A stretch of DNA of 62,654 bases, filler included, from Phoronis australis (taxonomy: Eukaryota; Animalia; Phoronida): NCBI GenBank assembly GCA_002633005.1. It is 4 parts of 4 records of this genome, joined end to end, with 100 filler letters (N's around TTAATTAATTAA, not from the genome) between each part and the next. Parts side by side here need not be neighbours in the genome. Positions count along the whole stretch, not along the records: positions 1 to 25,218 come from NMRA01000519.1; positions 25,319 to 33,351 come from NMRA01000872.1; 2 more parts are not named here. One strand, 5' to 3'. Positions 13,122-25,900 of this stretch are shown one piece after another; positions within the stretch are counted from its first letter, which is position 1, and each line of letters starts with the position of its first letter. The position numbers and the translations under genes were made by a program. A model generated the notes under the pieces. The model ran no database searches. It was not told the origin of the DNA and saw nothing but the letters and a program-made list of their open reading frames with translations.

Positions 13122-13705
13122 ACTTAATTTTCCTCGGTAATTTTTTTTTACACCGGCGTTTCTGATTGGCTAGTCGAATTCTCAACAGGCAGCGCTTTAC
13201 GCAAATAAACTGGCATGACTGATGGCCTGAAGTGTAAATGTGGTCTGATGTTCAGACAAATTGGTGCTTAAAAGTTATGTTCAGGAAATGTTAAGCCTAG
13301 AAATTGTGATTGCGCCTTTACGGAATGCATCTTTCTACTGTCGGTGACTTTTGTTTACGATAGTGCATTGTATTCATACAGTATGAATAACACACCGGTT
13401 AAATCGGCCAGATATGTGTTTATTGTACATGTATGTGCTTCAAGCACGCGGCTATTAAACATCACTGCAGAAACGAAATACTTGCTGCGACGCCACTTGC
13501 ATGACAAGGCTAAAAATCGTTCACAGTCCGCCATTTTTTCACGGTGTTGTACAGCTAACCAATGACTGCCGAGGTTACATCGACCAATGCTTAAGCGCGT
13601 GCCACTGCGTGATACCTGCGTGCTGGCTGGGCTGAGCACGCAGGGAACCAGCGAGGCGTGATACCTGCATGCCGGCTGGGCTAAGCACGCAGGGAACCAG
13701 CGAGT
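13122..13705 (+). repeat. Dispersed repeat (MITE-like), copy 2
   Basis: Matches 8310-8850. Its terminal hairpin core is inverted relative to copy 1 and tandemly doubled. Confidence 0.85.
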
Positions 13706-15399
13706 TCCTGGGATGGTACATGTATTCGCGATACCTGTTGTTGAGTTGGGTGGTTATCATCTTTCGTGGGTTATACGCTACTTCTGTTGTCGGGAGACGA
13801 GAGAGAACCAAGGGGATAATACAATGGCGACACGTGGCGCGCGCTAAATAAGGTAATCCGCCTTTGTTGTTATTCAGCAGCGTAATCCCTACTTTGTTTT
13901 GGCTCTTGATCATTTGAACTTTACAAAACAACGTCTTTTTATTGTCAGAGCATACGGGTGGTGGACCGTGTCGTCAGCAATCATGTGATTTCAAATTCGA
14001 CCTTCTGGTTTAGCGACCACTTCTTACACTCAAGACCGTGACCTTGGATCGAGGTGCCTCTCTAACATGTCCAATTAAACCTACTACGCAACCGACGTCA
14101 TTTACTTAGGGAGTCAAGATAGTTTGCAATGTCCCATGCTTTCTTTCATCAAATATGATGTTCAACATGCTGTTTTCTGTTGCAATATGTCCGTCCAGGT
14201 GCAGTGGCCAAACCCGTTCCTAAATTCAATTTCCAATAATAGAGATAGTGAACAGTCCGACATATTGGCAATGAGTTCCTGTTAGCTCGTGGCTGGGCGT
14301 CAGTATTCGTGATTTGTTTGATAAACGAATATGATGCAGGTTGAAGGCGATCTAAGTGCTATTCGGTTTTTAACTCTGGAAATACATGTAACTAGGTAAA
14401 TGTGTCAATCTCGAACAGGCGTGGACATGTAGAACGGAAACATTTCTAAGACTCGTCTCTACCCCACGTGATGCCTACATCACGTGACTTCATGAGGATT
14501 AGACTGGAAACATTTCTGACCCGACCTGGAGTCGAATCCGGGAAATTCCGCTACATGTAACCGTGCAGACTATCTAGTCGGCTGAGTTGATTATACTTAT
14601 TTCCATACATCTTTTTGTTTGATTTTTTAACGTAATATTTATGTCAAATACTGCCCCACCGCAATACGTCACTAAAAACCGCAATACTTGGTTGCCACTA
14701 CTTCTGTCATACTCAAAATATTTATTTACGAGTCGAGACATGGTCTACTGGTCGTGTTTACTGACAGCGGTCTGTAGAAGTCTTATAGCGCTAATCGCTT
14801 TCGGAATCCTTTCCGCTTAGCGTGCTAATGAGAAAAACCAGAGCGCGTTGAGAACCGACATACTACACCCTTTTGAGTAGTGAAGTCATCGGCTTTGATT
14901 TCGGTGAAAGGCTTAAGGTTCATAATGATAATAGTTCCGGCACCTTTTGTTTGTGAAGCCAACGTTGACTCACTCACATCGAGATTAGGCAACTGGACTG
15001 GATTACGTACCTCAAAATCTGCCGCAATCAGGAAAGACACCTCCCGTTTGTAGTCAATTGTATTACCTGGTTTAGATGTTAACATTTTTCAAATTATCTT
15101 ATCTATTATAAACCCAATGGGGACAACAATGGTGTTTTTGAAAGTTGGTACACATGTAATTATGTTAAATGGCATATTCTTATATTTTGTGAGAATTACA
15201 CGTGATCAGTTGTTTGAATTTTGAATATGTAGAACGAAAAATTAACACTTTTACAGCTAAAACTTTTGGAGAATGTTATCATAATTCTCCTAAGGTGTGC
15301 AACATAATTAGGCCAATCGTCAAACCAGTACGCAGGGCAATTGCATTATGAAGTAAGCCAAGCGTCATGATAGAATTCTTAACGTGAGAACACGAAGTT

Positions 15400-15835
15400 C
15401 ATTATCCGTCGGCTGGACTGCAAAACCAACTGGGCGGTAATCCAACGTGTGGTCCGGACTTCAAGTCGCGAAAGACTCTCCCAAAAAATAGTTGATTAGA
15501 TGCAGAACACGATGGACAGTGCTATAACTTGTTTTCTGGTGATCAAACAAAATTCCTGGGCTTCCCCAGAGGCTCACTGTTAATGTTTTGAAGGCTTCAA
15601 GTGCCATTTAGTGTTTTTTGTACCCGTTTGTTTTTATCTCAAAATCGGCTGTTTTTGGTGATTGTGTTTGACCTTTGGTGTCCGGCCACCAGGTTCATGG
15701 GTGCGCCCATCTGATTTTGAGGTACTGGCCAACCAGTTTTGAGGTCCTACCACCAATTGTGCACACCAGCCTTTGAGTTTTGCAGTCCAGCCAGCCGGTT
15801 TGGAAGTCCTTCTCGTGGTCTTTAATCCGACCACT
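15400..15835. repeat. Degenerate ~21-bp repeat array in inverted (foldback) arrangement; related array at about 27075-27306
   Basis: Units like ggctggactgcaaaacc face units like ttttgaggtccggccacc; the same motifs recur at 27075-27306. Confidence 0.55.
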
Positions 15836-15837
15836 TT

Positions 15838-15843
15838 TTTATT
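15838..15843 (-). other. Candidate polyadenylation signal of the lectin gene
   Basis: AATAAA on the minus strand about 210 nt downstream of the stop codon at 16057-16059. Confidence 0.45.
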
Positions 15844-16056
15844 ACCCCTTGAATCAGTGTGTGCATGAGTGCGTGTATCTGTGTATGCATAAATGCACGT
15901 TTCCTTGTACTATGTTGCACACAATTAGAAACCGAGTGTTTCTGCATTGATCATGCATCGACTACAAAGTTTAACGGATTTTACCCTTTACTGTTCTTCA
16001 ACAGAGTTGACAATGGAATATCAACATTAGCGAGTGTGTTAAACACAGACCCTGTT

Positions 16057-16312
16057 CTACATAAACTGGAATTCCAAGCGGATTCCACCGCAACCGTCGT
16101 TGATCACGATTTTGGTGTTGGGGTCTGGGTTAGGAGAGTGACTGAATGGATGCCAACACTTCTTACTCGTCATCTGCTGTAGGTATTTATTGTAGAGCAG
16201 GATCCATTTTGCCTCTTTGCGGTCGGAATACACGCAGTCGTTATCGTACAGCACAATCTCCGTGGTGTTGGGAGGCTGGGCCTGTCCGCCCTTCACTTGA
16301 ATGCATTTTCCA
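16057..16312 (-). CDS. Last exon: beta-trefoil lectin subdomains beta and gamma
   Basis: Acceptor ttcgttttag|T GGA AAA TGC. Encodes (S)GKCIQVKGGQAQPPNTTEIVLYDNDC...SKKCWHPFSHSPNPDPNTKIVINDGC...LEFQFM*, resembling the mytilectin repeat SGKxxHPxGG...P.N.T..VL. Confidence 0.88.
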
Positions 16313-16929
16313 CTAAAACGAAAGACGTTCTGTTGTATTCACTACGTGAAGGACGCTGATACATGTACTGAGCGCAACAGCCTAATTTCAAATCCCGACT
16401 CATCACCTGTCTTAGCCAGACCACAATCGGGGTACAGTTCAATAACATTAGGACCTCGTAAGGACCTCGTAAGGACCTCGTAAGGACCTCGTAAGGACCT
16501 CGCTTAAAAGAATTCGCGAGATTACCCGAGATTACACGAAATATTGCCGAGCATCTTAAAGGCACGTGATTTTGGCTACATTATTCTCTCCGCAAGTAAG
16601 CTACTGAATTCTACACGGGTATCAGAGACAAACCTATCATAGTGCTCATTGATAATGTCAACACCCATCGCTTAGAAGTGTACAAAAATGCTGCTACTAT
16701 CAAGTAAGGAAAAGTACCTTGCCGACGAAGAGAGAAAAGTTACTGTCGTAAAACATGCCGTAGAGGGCATATTCATATTTAATTGAAATAATTCTAGTTT
16801 ACCTTAAACAGTGATATACTCTTGGTTACAACAATGCCTTCCGCACATCAATCTGTGCACATAAATACCATAAGTTACAAAATTTAATGAGCTGTTAGGC
16901 TGGCATATATATGTGTGTGTGTGTGGTGT

Positions 16930-16985
<56 letters not shown>

Positions 16986-19900
16986 CATTGAAAAGTAAGA
17001 AATTCTTGGCCTTAGATAGTTTGTTCAACAAACTTTCGTATTGCCTACATAAATATGTCTTTCTTCAGATTGCAGTTGAAATAACAGATCGCCTAGTGTG
17101 AGTGGCATCACGAACACAAATATATGAGTGTATATAAAATAAAACACTGTACAAAACATTTCATAGTAAAACAGTTGCTGTACTTTGACTAGACTTCAGT
17201 CATCCATGGCAAATGAATTTGAAAATCATAAACGCTATCGTGTGTAATACATGAAAGAAGAACAATTATATTATCAAGAGCGCAATTAAACAAGGAATTG
17301 TCATGGAAATTAGTGTACTATAAAAATGCTATAAAAATTATTGAAATACATAGGTGTTAAAACAAATGGACATTATTTATATCACAAGGTACGATGGAAC
17401 CCAGTATCTTGGAAATTTATTGCTAACAATATCTGAACGAGAAACTGTTCCGTTTGTGGAGTGTTTGAAAATGATCTTCAATGGATCCATTTCGTTAATG
17501 CATCGATAACCGGCGAGATAAAGTGCAAGCTGTCGTACCAACATACTTTGATCAACCAGTGTTTGAAAGAATACATTTGGCACCTGTCCCTATTGTCTAA
17601 CTCAGAAGTAACGTTTGGTAAACATTTAACTTTAAGCGACTGTCTATTTGCTCAGTTTTTTATTTGGCAATCAATCTGATTAGTTTACCGTATTTTACCT
17701 CTTTGATATTTAGTTCATGTACTAAATGTCACCGCCAGAAGTTCTCTTTACACCAATTAGTGTGATATCTCAAAACACATTGGATTTTCTATACAACCCA
17801 CTATCTGTGTCAGTGCATTGAAAAAATGTCATCGTCAACATTGAAATCAAAGGGCATTTCATCATGGAACGGCAATATTTGCGAGTGGTCGAATGTTACG
17901 CATGGTGACATTTTAACTATTTGATAGATTCGAAAGCAGTTTATGGATAGTCTTTGAAGTCATCCAATTTCTTCCAGAGGCTGCGTTGGAAAGAGCTTAC
18001 ACCATAATCTGTGCAAGGAGACTGTGATCATTAAGTGGAATACCAGACCATGTCAGGACATCCACAGTGACTGGAACTCGGTCTGCCTACTGAAAGCATT
18101 GAATAGTGGTGACATAGGGTCTTGCAATTTTAAATATATGTCCGGTTTAGGAAAGACATCCAATTGCATTGGTGCTGTGTTGTGGAAAATTGAATGCAGT
18201 GTCAGAATGGGGATGAGGGCAATAGCTGCACCGACATTTCTACAAAATGGAATATGGGAAACAAGCAAAATAAAGAGCCAAAATTTCTAAGTAAAATAGC
18301 TTTTAAAAAACCAAAAATACAACACAATGTTGTTGAAGACTGGGATTATGCTAGTACTAGATGGAATGTGCCAATGTTTTCATCTCATCAGGCATTCCAG
18401 GAATACTCTACGAGAGTCTAAACCGGGTGTAAGCATTGCACTGCCTGTCAGCAAGTCATTTCACACGCTGGGATCTCATTTGCCCCTTCGGAATGCTGGT
18501 TAGCAGCGAGCCCTGGTGAAATCCTAAACGGGGATACATTGTTGGAAATATAAAACCATGTTCCAATGTTAAGGTCAATCTTACATTAACTCGTACAGTA
18601 TCATCCAGTGAATATGATGTTGTGTAGAACAATTATGCTGCTACTATCAAGTTTATGAAAGGCAAAAAGAGGAATTCATCCTGCTTGACTTTATCATGGA
18701 GTCCCAGATTTTCCAAAAAAGTAATAGTTTCCGCAGGAAGGAAACACAAATAATCAATTCATTGACGCTAATAGAGCCAAACTGAACAATCAACGCTGCA
18801 TCCTCGGGGAAACATGAACAACATAACCCAGGCTCATTTGGAGAAGGACACACCAAATATTCATCAAAAAGGATAACTGACCTCTGTTCAGTCCTGACTA
18901 CAGTCCAACGTACTATGCCATTTGGGAGTCTCTGGAGGAGTAATTTGCCGGGGAACGAGAGGCAAATTGCCTGAGTAGGAGTTAAAAACACGATAAATAT
19001 GTCATGAGAGGAAATCCGTATTGAAGAAATATGGAAAATCATTTCTGGTCGAAAGAAACGGCTCCGTTTAGTCGTGGAGGGAAAACACGCAAGCACACCC
19101 TTACATGTACATGTATATGGCTGTACTTCGGAGCAAGTTTTCCGATACGCAAAACTGGTTGAATACACGACAATGGTCGTTATTAACAATCTTTACTCTG
19201 TTCCATTCGTATCCTTGGAACAAATGCTTTTGTAGACCTCCATATTGATACATGTACTGTATGTATAATAAGTGCCCTTTGAAGCAAATGGTTAATTTTA
19301 TGTAACGAAAATCAGCACCTCTAACTCTCCAGGACCCAGTTGCATAAAGGTTATACGCCGTATAGCAACAATGACGTCGCACTATCATGCATCACGTTGT
19401 TATTGTTGAACAATGCACCTGACGTCATGCAACAATCAAACTTATCCATTGGATAACTTATAAAGCTTTATGCAACTCTGATGTCATACATGTATTTTGT
19501 GCAAATCATGTGTTAGTTTTTGCACAAGGTCGAGGAAAAGATAAACATACGAGCGCATGCCTTACCTCGCTATATGAATAATATGGCCGCTAGTAGTGAA
19601 TCCAAAATTGATGCCCCAATGGTTGCAAGAGCCAAGTACGAGTGGCGTGTTTGGGTATGTCTGGCCACCTAGCGGCTGGACACAGAGTCCTCCAGAGTGT
19701 CGGATGCGCCCGACTCTCTTGAAGACTGGCTGGGATGCTGGAATGCACAAATCAGTGAAATGAAACTGTAGCATAGGAAGGAGAAGAGAACTACTTGAAA
19801 GAGATGCAATATATCCGTAGATGACAGAGAGAAGATTAGCTTATGAACAGAAAATATTATAAGAGATAGTTGATGATAGTGCACGAGACACTATGCAAGC

Positions 19901-22900
19901 TGTATATGTATACCGGGAATAACTTTTCTATAACAGTTTCCATCTGTTTTAGAATCGTTTTCCATTTTTTAAAACTTAAAGGAGAAACCGATAATAGATA
20001 GTTGTTTAGTGTTCCACATCTCATCATGCTTTGAAGACCCGAATATTAGACATTCCCACAATATCAGTTTCTATTCACAAACCATCGCCTTTCTCCCATT
20101 AACTATTAAAAAAGACTCTTTTTTGTAGACTTGAAATATTAAAAGAAATCCACTTCAAAGATGGCAGCTCAATACGGAATTCGATTTTTTCCTGAGGAAC
20201 GTGCTACATGTACCAGTTGTTTTAGGGATTGGGATGACGTCACCCATAACCCAGTCCACAGCACCTCACGTTCATTTCCAATGATTTAACAATGAAAAAA
20301 TATTGATGCCTGAAAGTTTGCTATTCTCTGTCACGTAGTTGTCGAACAATAGAACCTACAGTGGCAGATCTACGTTTTCAGGAACAGAGGTTAGGATTTA
20401 CGCAATTCCGAGGCACGTAGTGCCGAGCGGATATAGAAGGTAGGGAAGGGCTTTCGCGTCTTCTGTATGATATTATCAAAGTGTATTACCGTAACAGTGG
20501 CCCACCAACACCGTCAACAAAAGAGCAGCAGTAAGCTTCATCACGTCTGAAACGTAGAGAACACTTTTAGTAAACATCATGGGAGCAAGTTCAACACACA
20601 CTATCCAGAGTTATGTAAATCAATTAGAAATCTCGTTGAATACACTTTTACCAAAATTTTGGCTAGCGAAACTTTAGCCTACCTGTGGAATTGAAGTGTC
20701 CGATAAAGCAAAATATTGTGCATTTGCTATTGAAATGGATCGATTCACGAACTACGTAACACTTCGTGGAGAATTCAATTCCAGAGGCCAGTTTGCTAAA
20801 AATAACACTACTTCTAGTCCTCGATAATTGGATTTATGTCGGTCAATGTTTTATTGCCTTGGAGTCATCGCTAATGCAGTAATTGCCCTGCTCCACACAA
20901 AAAGAAGCAAAACCAAAGTCTCTGATGCCGACGGGATCGACTTAGTGACGAATGACAATTTCTTAAAGACATCGTGCTTGAAGGAAATAAAAGCAGGCAG
21001 GTTGACTGATTTTGGCAAATAAACAACAAAACGCCACCTTTGAGAAGGACCAGCCAATAGTTTTAAAAAAGTGGCGGCATAATAACGTGTTTTTTGCAAT
21101 TAAAAGCTGACAGAAATATCATCGTTCCTATGATGTCAAAGATGTGTGAAGCGGTGGTGGTAACATCAGGTCAAACCGTGACGCGCATGCGTAAATATGT
21201 GATGTCTAACTGGGGAAGTAGAAAGTACATTGTACTCTGAAAAGACATTATCATTCTGCTTAAACCCGGTCTAGGTCGATAGTTCAAAGAAGCAATAGGC
21301 CAAAAAACTGACTGTCGGCGTTTCGAACTACAAAAACATGCACTTTCTCTTTCTATTATTTTTTAGTATAAAATGCGAAATGAAATTGCTATTTGGTCAA
21401 TGTTAGTTAGGTCGAAGTAAATATAAATGATGATGAAGATTGGACATTCTGTTATTAATGGACGTGAAGTCCCATGTCTCATGTGGCGCCAATTTTTGTG
21501 TCACACGTCACAGAAAAAGGAATTTGGTATATTATCCCGTTTTCATATATTGCTTCAAGTGCACATACTTTGGCGGCTTTTGTTTTATACAATCCTCTTT
21601 AAATGAAGCCTTGTCAAAATCTTTTTGTTAAATCACTATATAAAATTGTTTAGTGCATTGTATGTCCGTTACCAGCTATTCTAATGACCCGACTAGTAAT
21701 TAGTTCTCGAAAAATGTATGCCTCCAGAGTTTAACTTAACGCAATTTTTGAACTTACGAATCTTCATGGAAAGATTCCCAGTTCTTTGACAGAATTCTGC
21801 GACTAAAAATGCTACGGGGTGGAACGTAGTGAACTGTAACTGATTGTTGGCGATGGGAAAAATTTAGTGTTACGAGCCGAAAGGAATTTTTCCTTTTACT
21901 TCCAAATCATTAATGCTTACGTCACACCATTTGACATTATATCAAGTTTTAATTTTGAAGTTGTTTCGCCACTATATGGTATTTTGCCGTTCATTGTATG
22001 CCGTCAGCCACATAAGAACTTCGTCGGGGACTACCGGTATTTTAATGTTCCATGTCTCAATTTAGTTTCTGGATTTTTGGAACTTTAATTGTCAGGATAT
22101 TTAAACTGCACATCAATTTTACTCAATTACTTGGGTGTTGCATATTCGTTGTTATGTTTATACTTTTTACCAGAAATTTTTACTCTCAGTAAAACATGCT
22201 CATAGCAGTCGCCATAACGCATGTTCATCTATGTGTTGTTATCCAATCTTTATTTAATGAATCTCACTTCCGACTTTTCGGCACGTACACTTGAAATCGA
22301 CGAGTATCAATGGGCTCCTGTTCGTGAAAACTGAGGCTTTTTATGAAGTCCTCGCCTACGGACTCCGTTACAATTGAACTGTATGTACTGGGGGTTTCGC
22401 TGTAACGTGGTCTAACAGTGCTAAGAGCGTGTGGTACTGACTCATTAAGCTCGCACGAGTCTCATTCCAGGAGCGCATCTAAATATTTGTACAATAATTA
22501 TGAATACCAATGCCAACACAATGTCCAATTTATAACTAGTACATGTATAGTTAACGTTTACGAGCCGAATAAAGACAACCATGTTTTCTTCCAACAAACG
22601 TGTCAGTTCAACCTATTGTTGTCATGTGCTCGGTTCTTGTAATTGTCGCCGAGTAAATGGTCGGAAACAAGAGCTTGATATTTTCTCGAGATTTTCTCGT
22701 TTTATATCCTGGCGCTAGGTAAATAATGTTAGTGTTGAAATCACTTGGCATTCTGGAGTTTTGCTGATTTCTGAAGGTATTCGCGTGGTGTTAAAGGAGG
22801 CCAGAATTGAAACTGATTATAACCAAACAACTTCATCATGCAAACCTGTTCTTTGAATTTGTTGTTCCTCATAAGCAAAATTTTCTCTTGAATAATTTGA

Positions 22901-25900
22901 AATGTTCATCTCTTGTAATAGGGGTCATTGTCAGAATAATAATGGTTATGTGCTTAGCAGAGTTAATTAGATTGAATTTGTCCAAATGTTGTGCATACGT
23001 AAAAAAACATGTGGTCAGACATGTGTTTACGTGATGTTTGTCTCGTTAGTTTCGCGGTCAATGTAATCTTAGGATTCTTGGAATTTCTGGGATCAACTTG
23101 TAATTACCAATGGAGTGATATGATAAGATCATATGGAATTATTGGCCGTCTGTAAGTACGTGCATTGGCCTACATGTAACTGGGGTAGAAGACGTGGGAG
23201 ACAGTCAGGTGAATTACGTATTTGAAGCTATAGGACTTGCTTCAAGACACTGAAGAAACAATGAAATAGAACCATGTCGAGGAAAATTCTAAAGATTATC
23301 TGTTGAATGGCAAATGTTAACAACAAGCAGCTGCGAGTCACGTGCATCTCGGGTAGTAAGATACTGCTTACACGTGTTGCATCACAAAATACTGTGACCA
23401 ACAGGAGCAATTCTGGATAATGAGATACTGCCTACAGGTGTCGTTGCGTTACGAAGTAATGTGGCCAGCCTAGAGTATCGTGGGTGGAGCGACACAAACG
23501 ACTTGCGTTGCGCCATGAAGGATTGATACCAACAAACAAATTGTCAAAGTACCGTGTTATTACGAGGATCGCCTAACGGAATAGCGGATAAGATGGTTGT
23601 TTGCTTTTGGTTCATTGATTGAACTTACTACTTAACCCAATATAGGGAAATTAATTAACAACATGTTTCATTTGCATTAATTTAAGGTAAGTGATAAATA
23701 AATCGCTTACTGCGTTTAGTCATCTTTTCTCCGCCCATGCACAATCGCACAGCATAGTTATTATTTAAACTAAACCTACATTCAAATTCTGACAATTGTT
23801 AAGTGTGTAAATTGCAATGCGTTTGGAATAAATATTAATACCATAGATAACATTGCCTACATCGATATGAAATCTTTGTATTTATTTCAAAAAGTAGTTA
23901 TATTAGAAATACTTCTGTTGGAGATTTGTTGCGAAACAAGTTTTTTTTGATTATTGAAAAAAAAACAGGCAGACAAATCTGAGCTTCTGCTTTTGAACAA
24001 AAATTGATAAATTAGACGAAAAATTAAGATATTGGTTTGATCGCCTAGAAGCGCACTCAGTTGATTGAGGTGAGGAAAATTTCGACTTTACGGGTAAGCG
24101 ATTACGTGTAGGTGCAAATCAAGAAAGGTTGTGGAGTGAGATACATGTACTTTTACATTACTTAATCAATATTTTACAAGCAAGCGCTCGCCTCTCTTGT
24201 GGTAGCTTGACAATACAAGTAGTGAGTCCGACAATACGCAAGAGAAGTTCCCTGTTATGAAAATGTAGCAATGGCAATTTAAAACAATGTTTTAGAAAAA
24301 GCAATATTCCCGAGCTTGGGTAAAAATGAAAAGAGAAAAGCTTTTGTCTTATCAGAAAACTACCAATTGTTCTAAAAACGAAAGTCACACTGTGCTGGTT
24401 CCGATGAGTTTACAATTGAATTCTGTTCAATTGTGCAGAGGCGACAAAGGCATGACTATACTAAAATTTATAACACGGTATGTGCCTTTTTGTCCTCTTC
24501 AATAACTAAAATTGCTGAAAAAATTGGCGTTATTAAAAAAAAAACTGGCGTCCTAAGTTTTTTCTCAATGTCACTCACAGTACATCGTCGGCAGCGACTG
24601 CAGAACGCAAAAATACTGATTTAGGCATGTTTTCATGAGAATCAGATTGCCAACATCTTAAGAGTGCAGTACACTTCAGACCAGGCAAAAATCCATACAG
24701 GGGTGATAAACCCTATGTGACGGATTTGGATCATATTATGCATTTTTGTTTACTTTCTTATGGTAATTACTAAAATGCACTTTAAACAGATTCTATCGCG
24801 GTAGGTAGCTTAAAAGCCGGGTACCTCGGTTTTCACTGAAAACCACTATCAGAACTTACCCCAATAATCACAGTTTTCGTGACATTGTAAGTAATTACAG
24901 AACCTACTAGAAAATGAAATAGCTACTGTTTTGTATAAAGTCATCCATTGTCTTCGTAAAAATGAAAAATAAAAGTGTCAAGTTGCACCTTAAATTCCAC
25001 ATTTCGGGTTTGAAGGGTCATGGGGTCATACAAGCAGAAAACATGGATAACTTGCCCAGGTTTGAATGAGTCAATCTCAGCTGAAGCCAAATTTTACACT
25101 TTGAAACTTAATTGTGGGTTTGATCTATCTTAGTAGAATAGATATTTGGCATCAAAACCACCGGCAAACACATGTCTTCATATAGTAATGAGCAATTGTT
25201 CGCAGCCACCTCAGCCAANNNNNNNNNNNNNNNNNNNNNNNNNNNNNNNNNNNNNNNNNNNNTTAATTAATTAANNNNNNNNNNNNNNNNNNNNNNNNNN
25301 NNNNNNNNNNNNNNNNNNCTCGAATGTATGTGCTAGCTCATTTTTGGGGGGTCCTTTTTTGGTTTCTGCCGGACCCATTCCAGAGTGCAATTTGTCTGTC
25401 ATGGGTCATTTGGTGTTCAGTGCGGTACTATTGTTCGTTTAAAATCAGTTTTGGCCGGTACCTCGAAAATCTAGTCTAGCTCAAATTTTTGATGGCATAC
25501 CATGGTTGAGATTTTTGGGGGTTTCTGCCGGGCACAACCCAGAGTGTATTTTGTCTGTCATAGGGGTTTTAGTGATCTGTGACATGTATTGAATCACATG
25601 GAATTGGTTTTGTGTGGTACCTCGAATGTATGTGCTAGCTCATTTTTGGGGGGTCCTTTTTTGGCTTCTGCCGGACCCATTCCAGAGTGCAATTTGTCTG
25701 TCATGGGTCATTCGGTGTTCAGTGCGGTATTATTGTTCGTTTTAAATCAGTTTTGGTTGGTACCTCGAATATCTAGTCTAGCTCATTTTTTGGGGTCTTT
25801 GTAAGGCCCCCAGGGGTCACACCCAGAGTGCAGACAACGGCAGACGTCCATTTCTGTACATACTGAGGTGGACTTTAAATGCTCCCGTGGTCAGATGTTG

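Noticed and set aside
14825-15085. 86-aa minus ORF downstream of the lectin gene
   Set aside because: No recognisable domain, and an in-frame stop just upstream prevents linking it as an exon.
19669-19884. Hydrophobic signal-peptide-like ORF (VVLFSFLCYSFISLICA) upstream of the lectin exon
   Set aside because: It is out of frame with the lectin and is explained by the polypyrimidine tract of the acceptor.
20683-20795. Possible extra Cys-containing minus-strand exon (KCYVVRESIHFNSKCTIFC)
   Set aside because: The open frame has phases 2 and 1, incompatible with the phase-0 module exons, and the Cys spacing differs.
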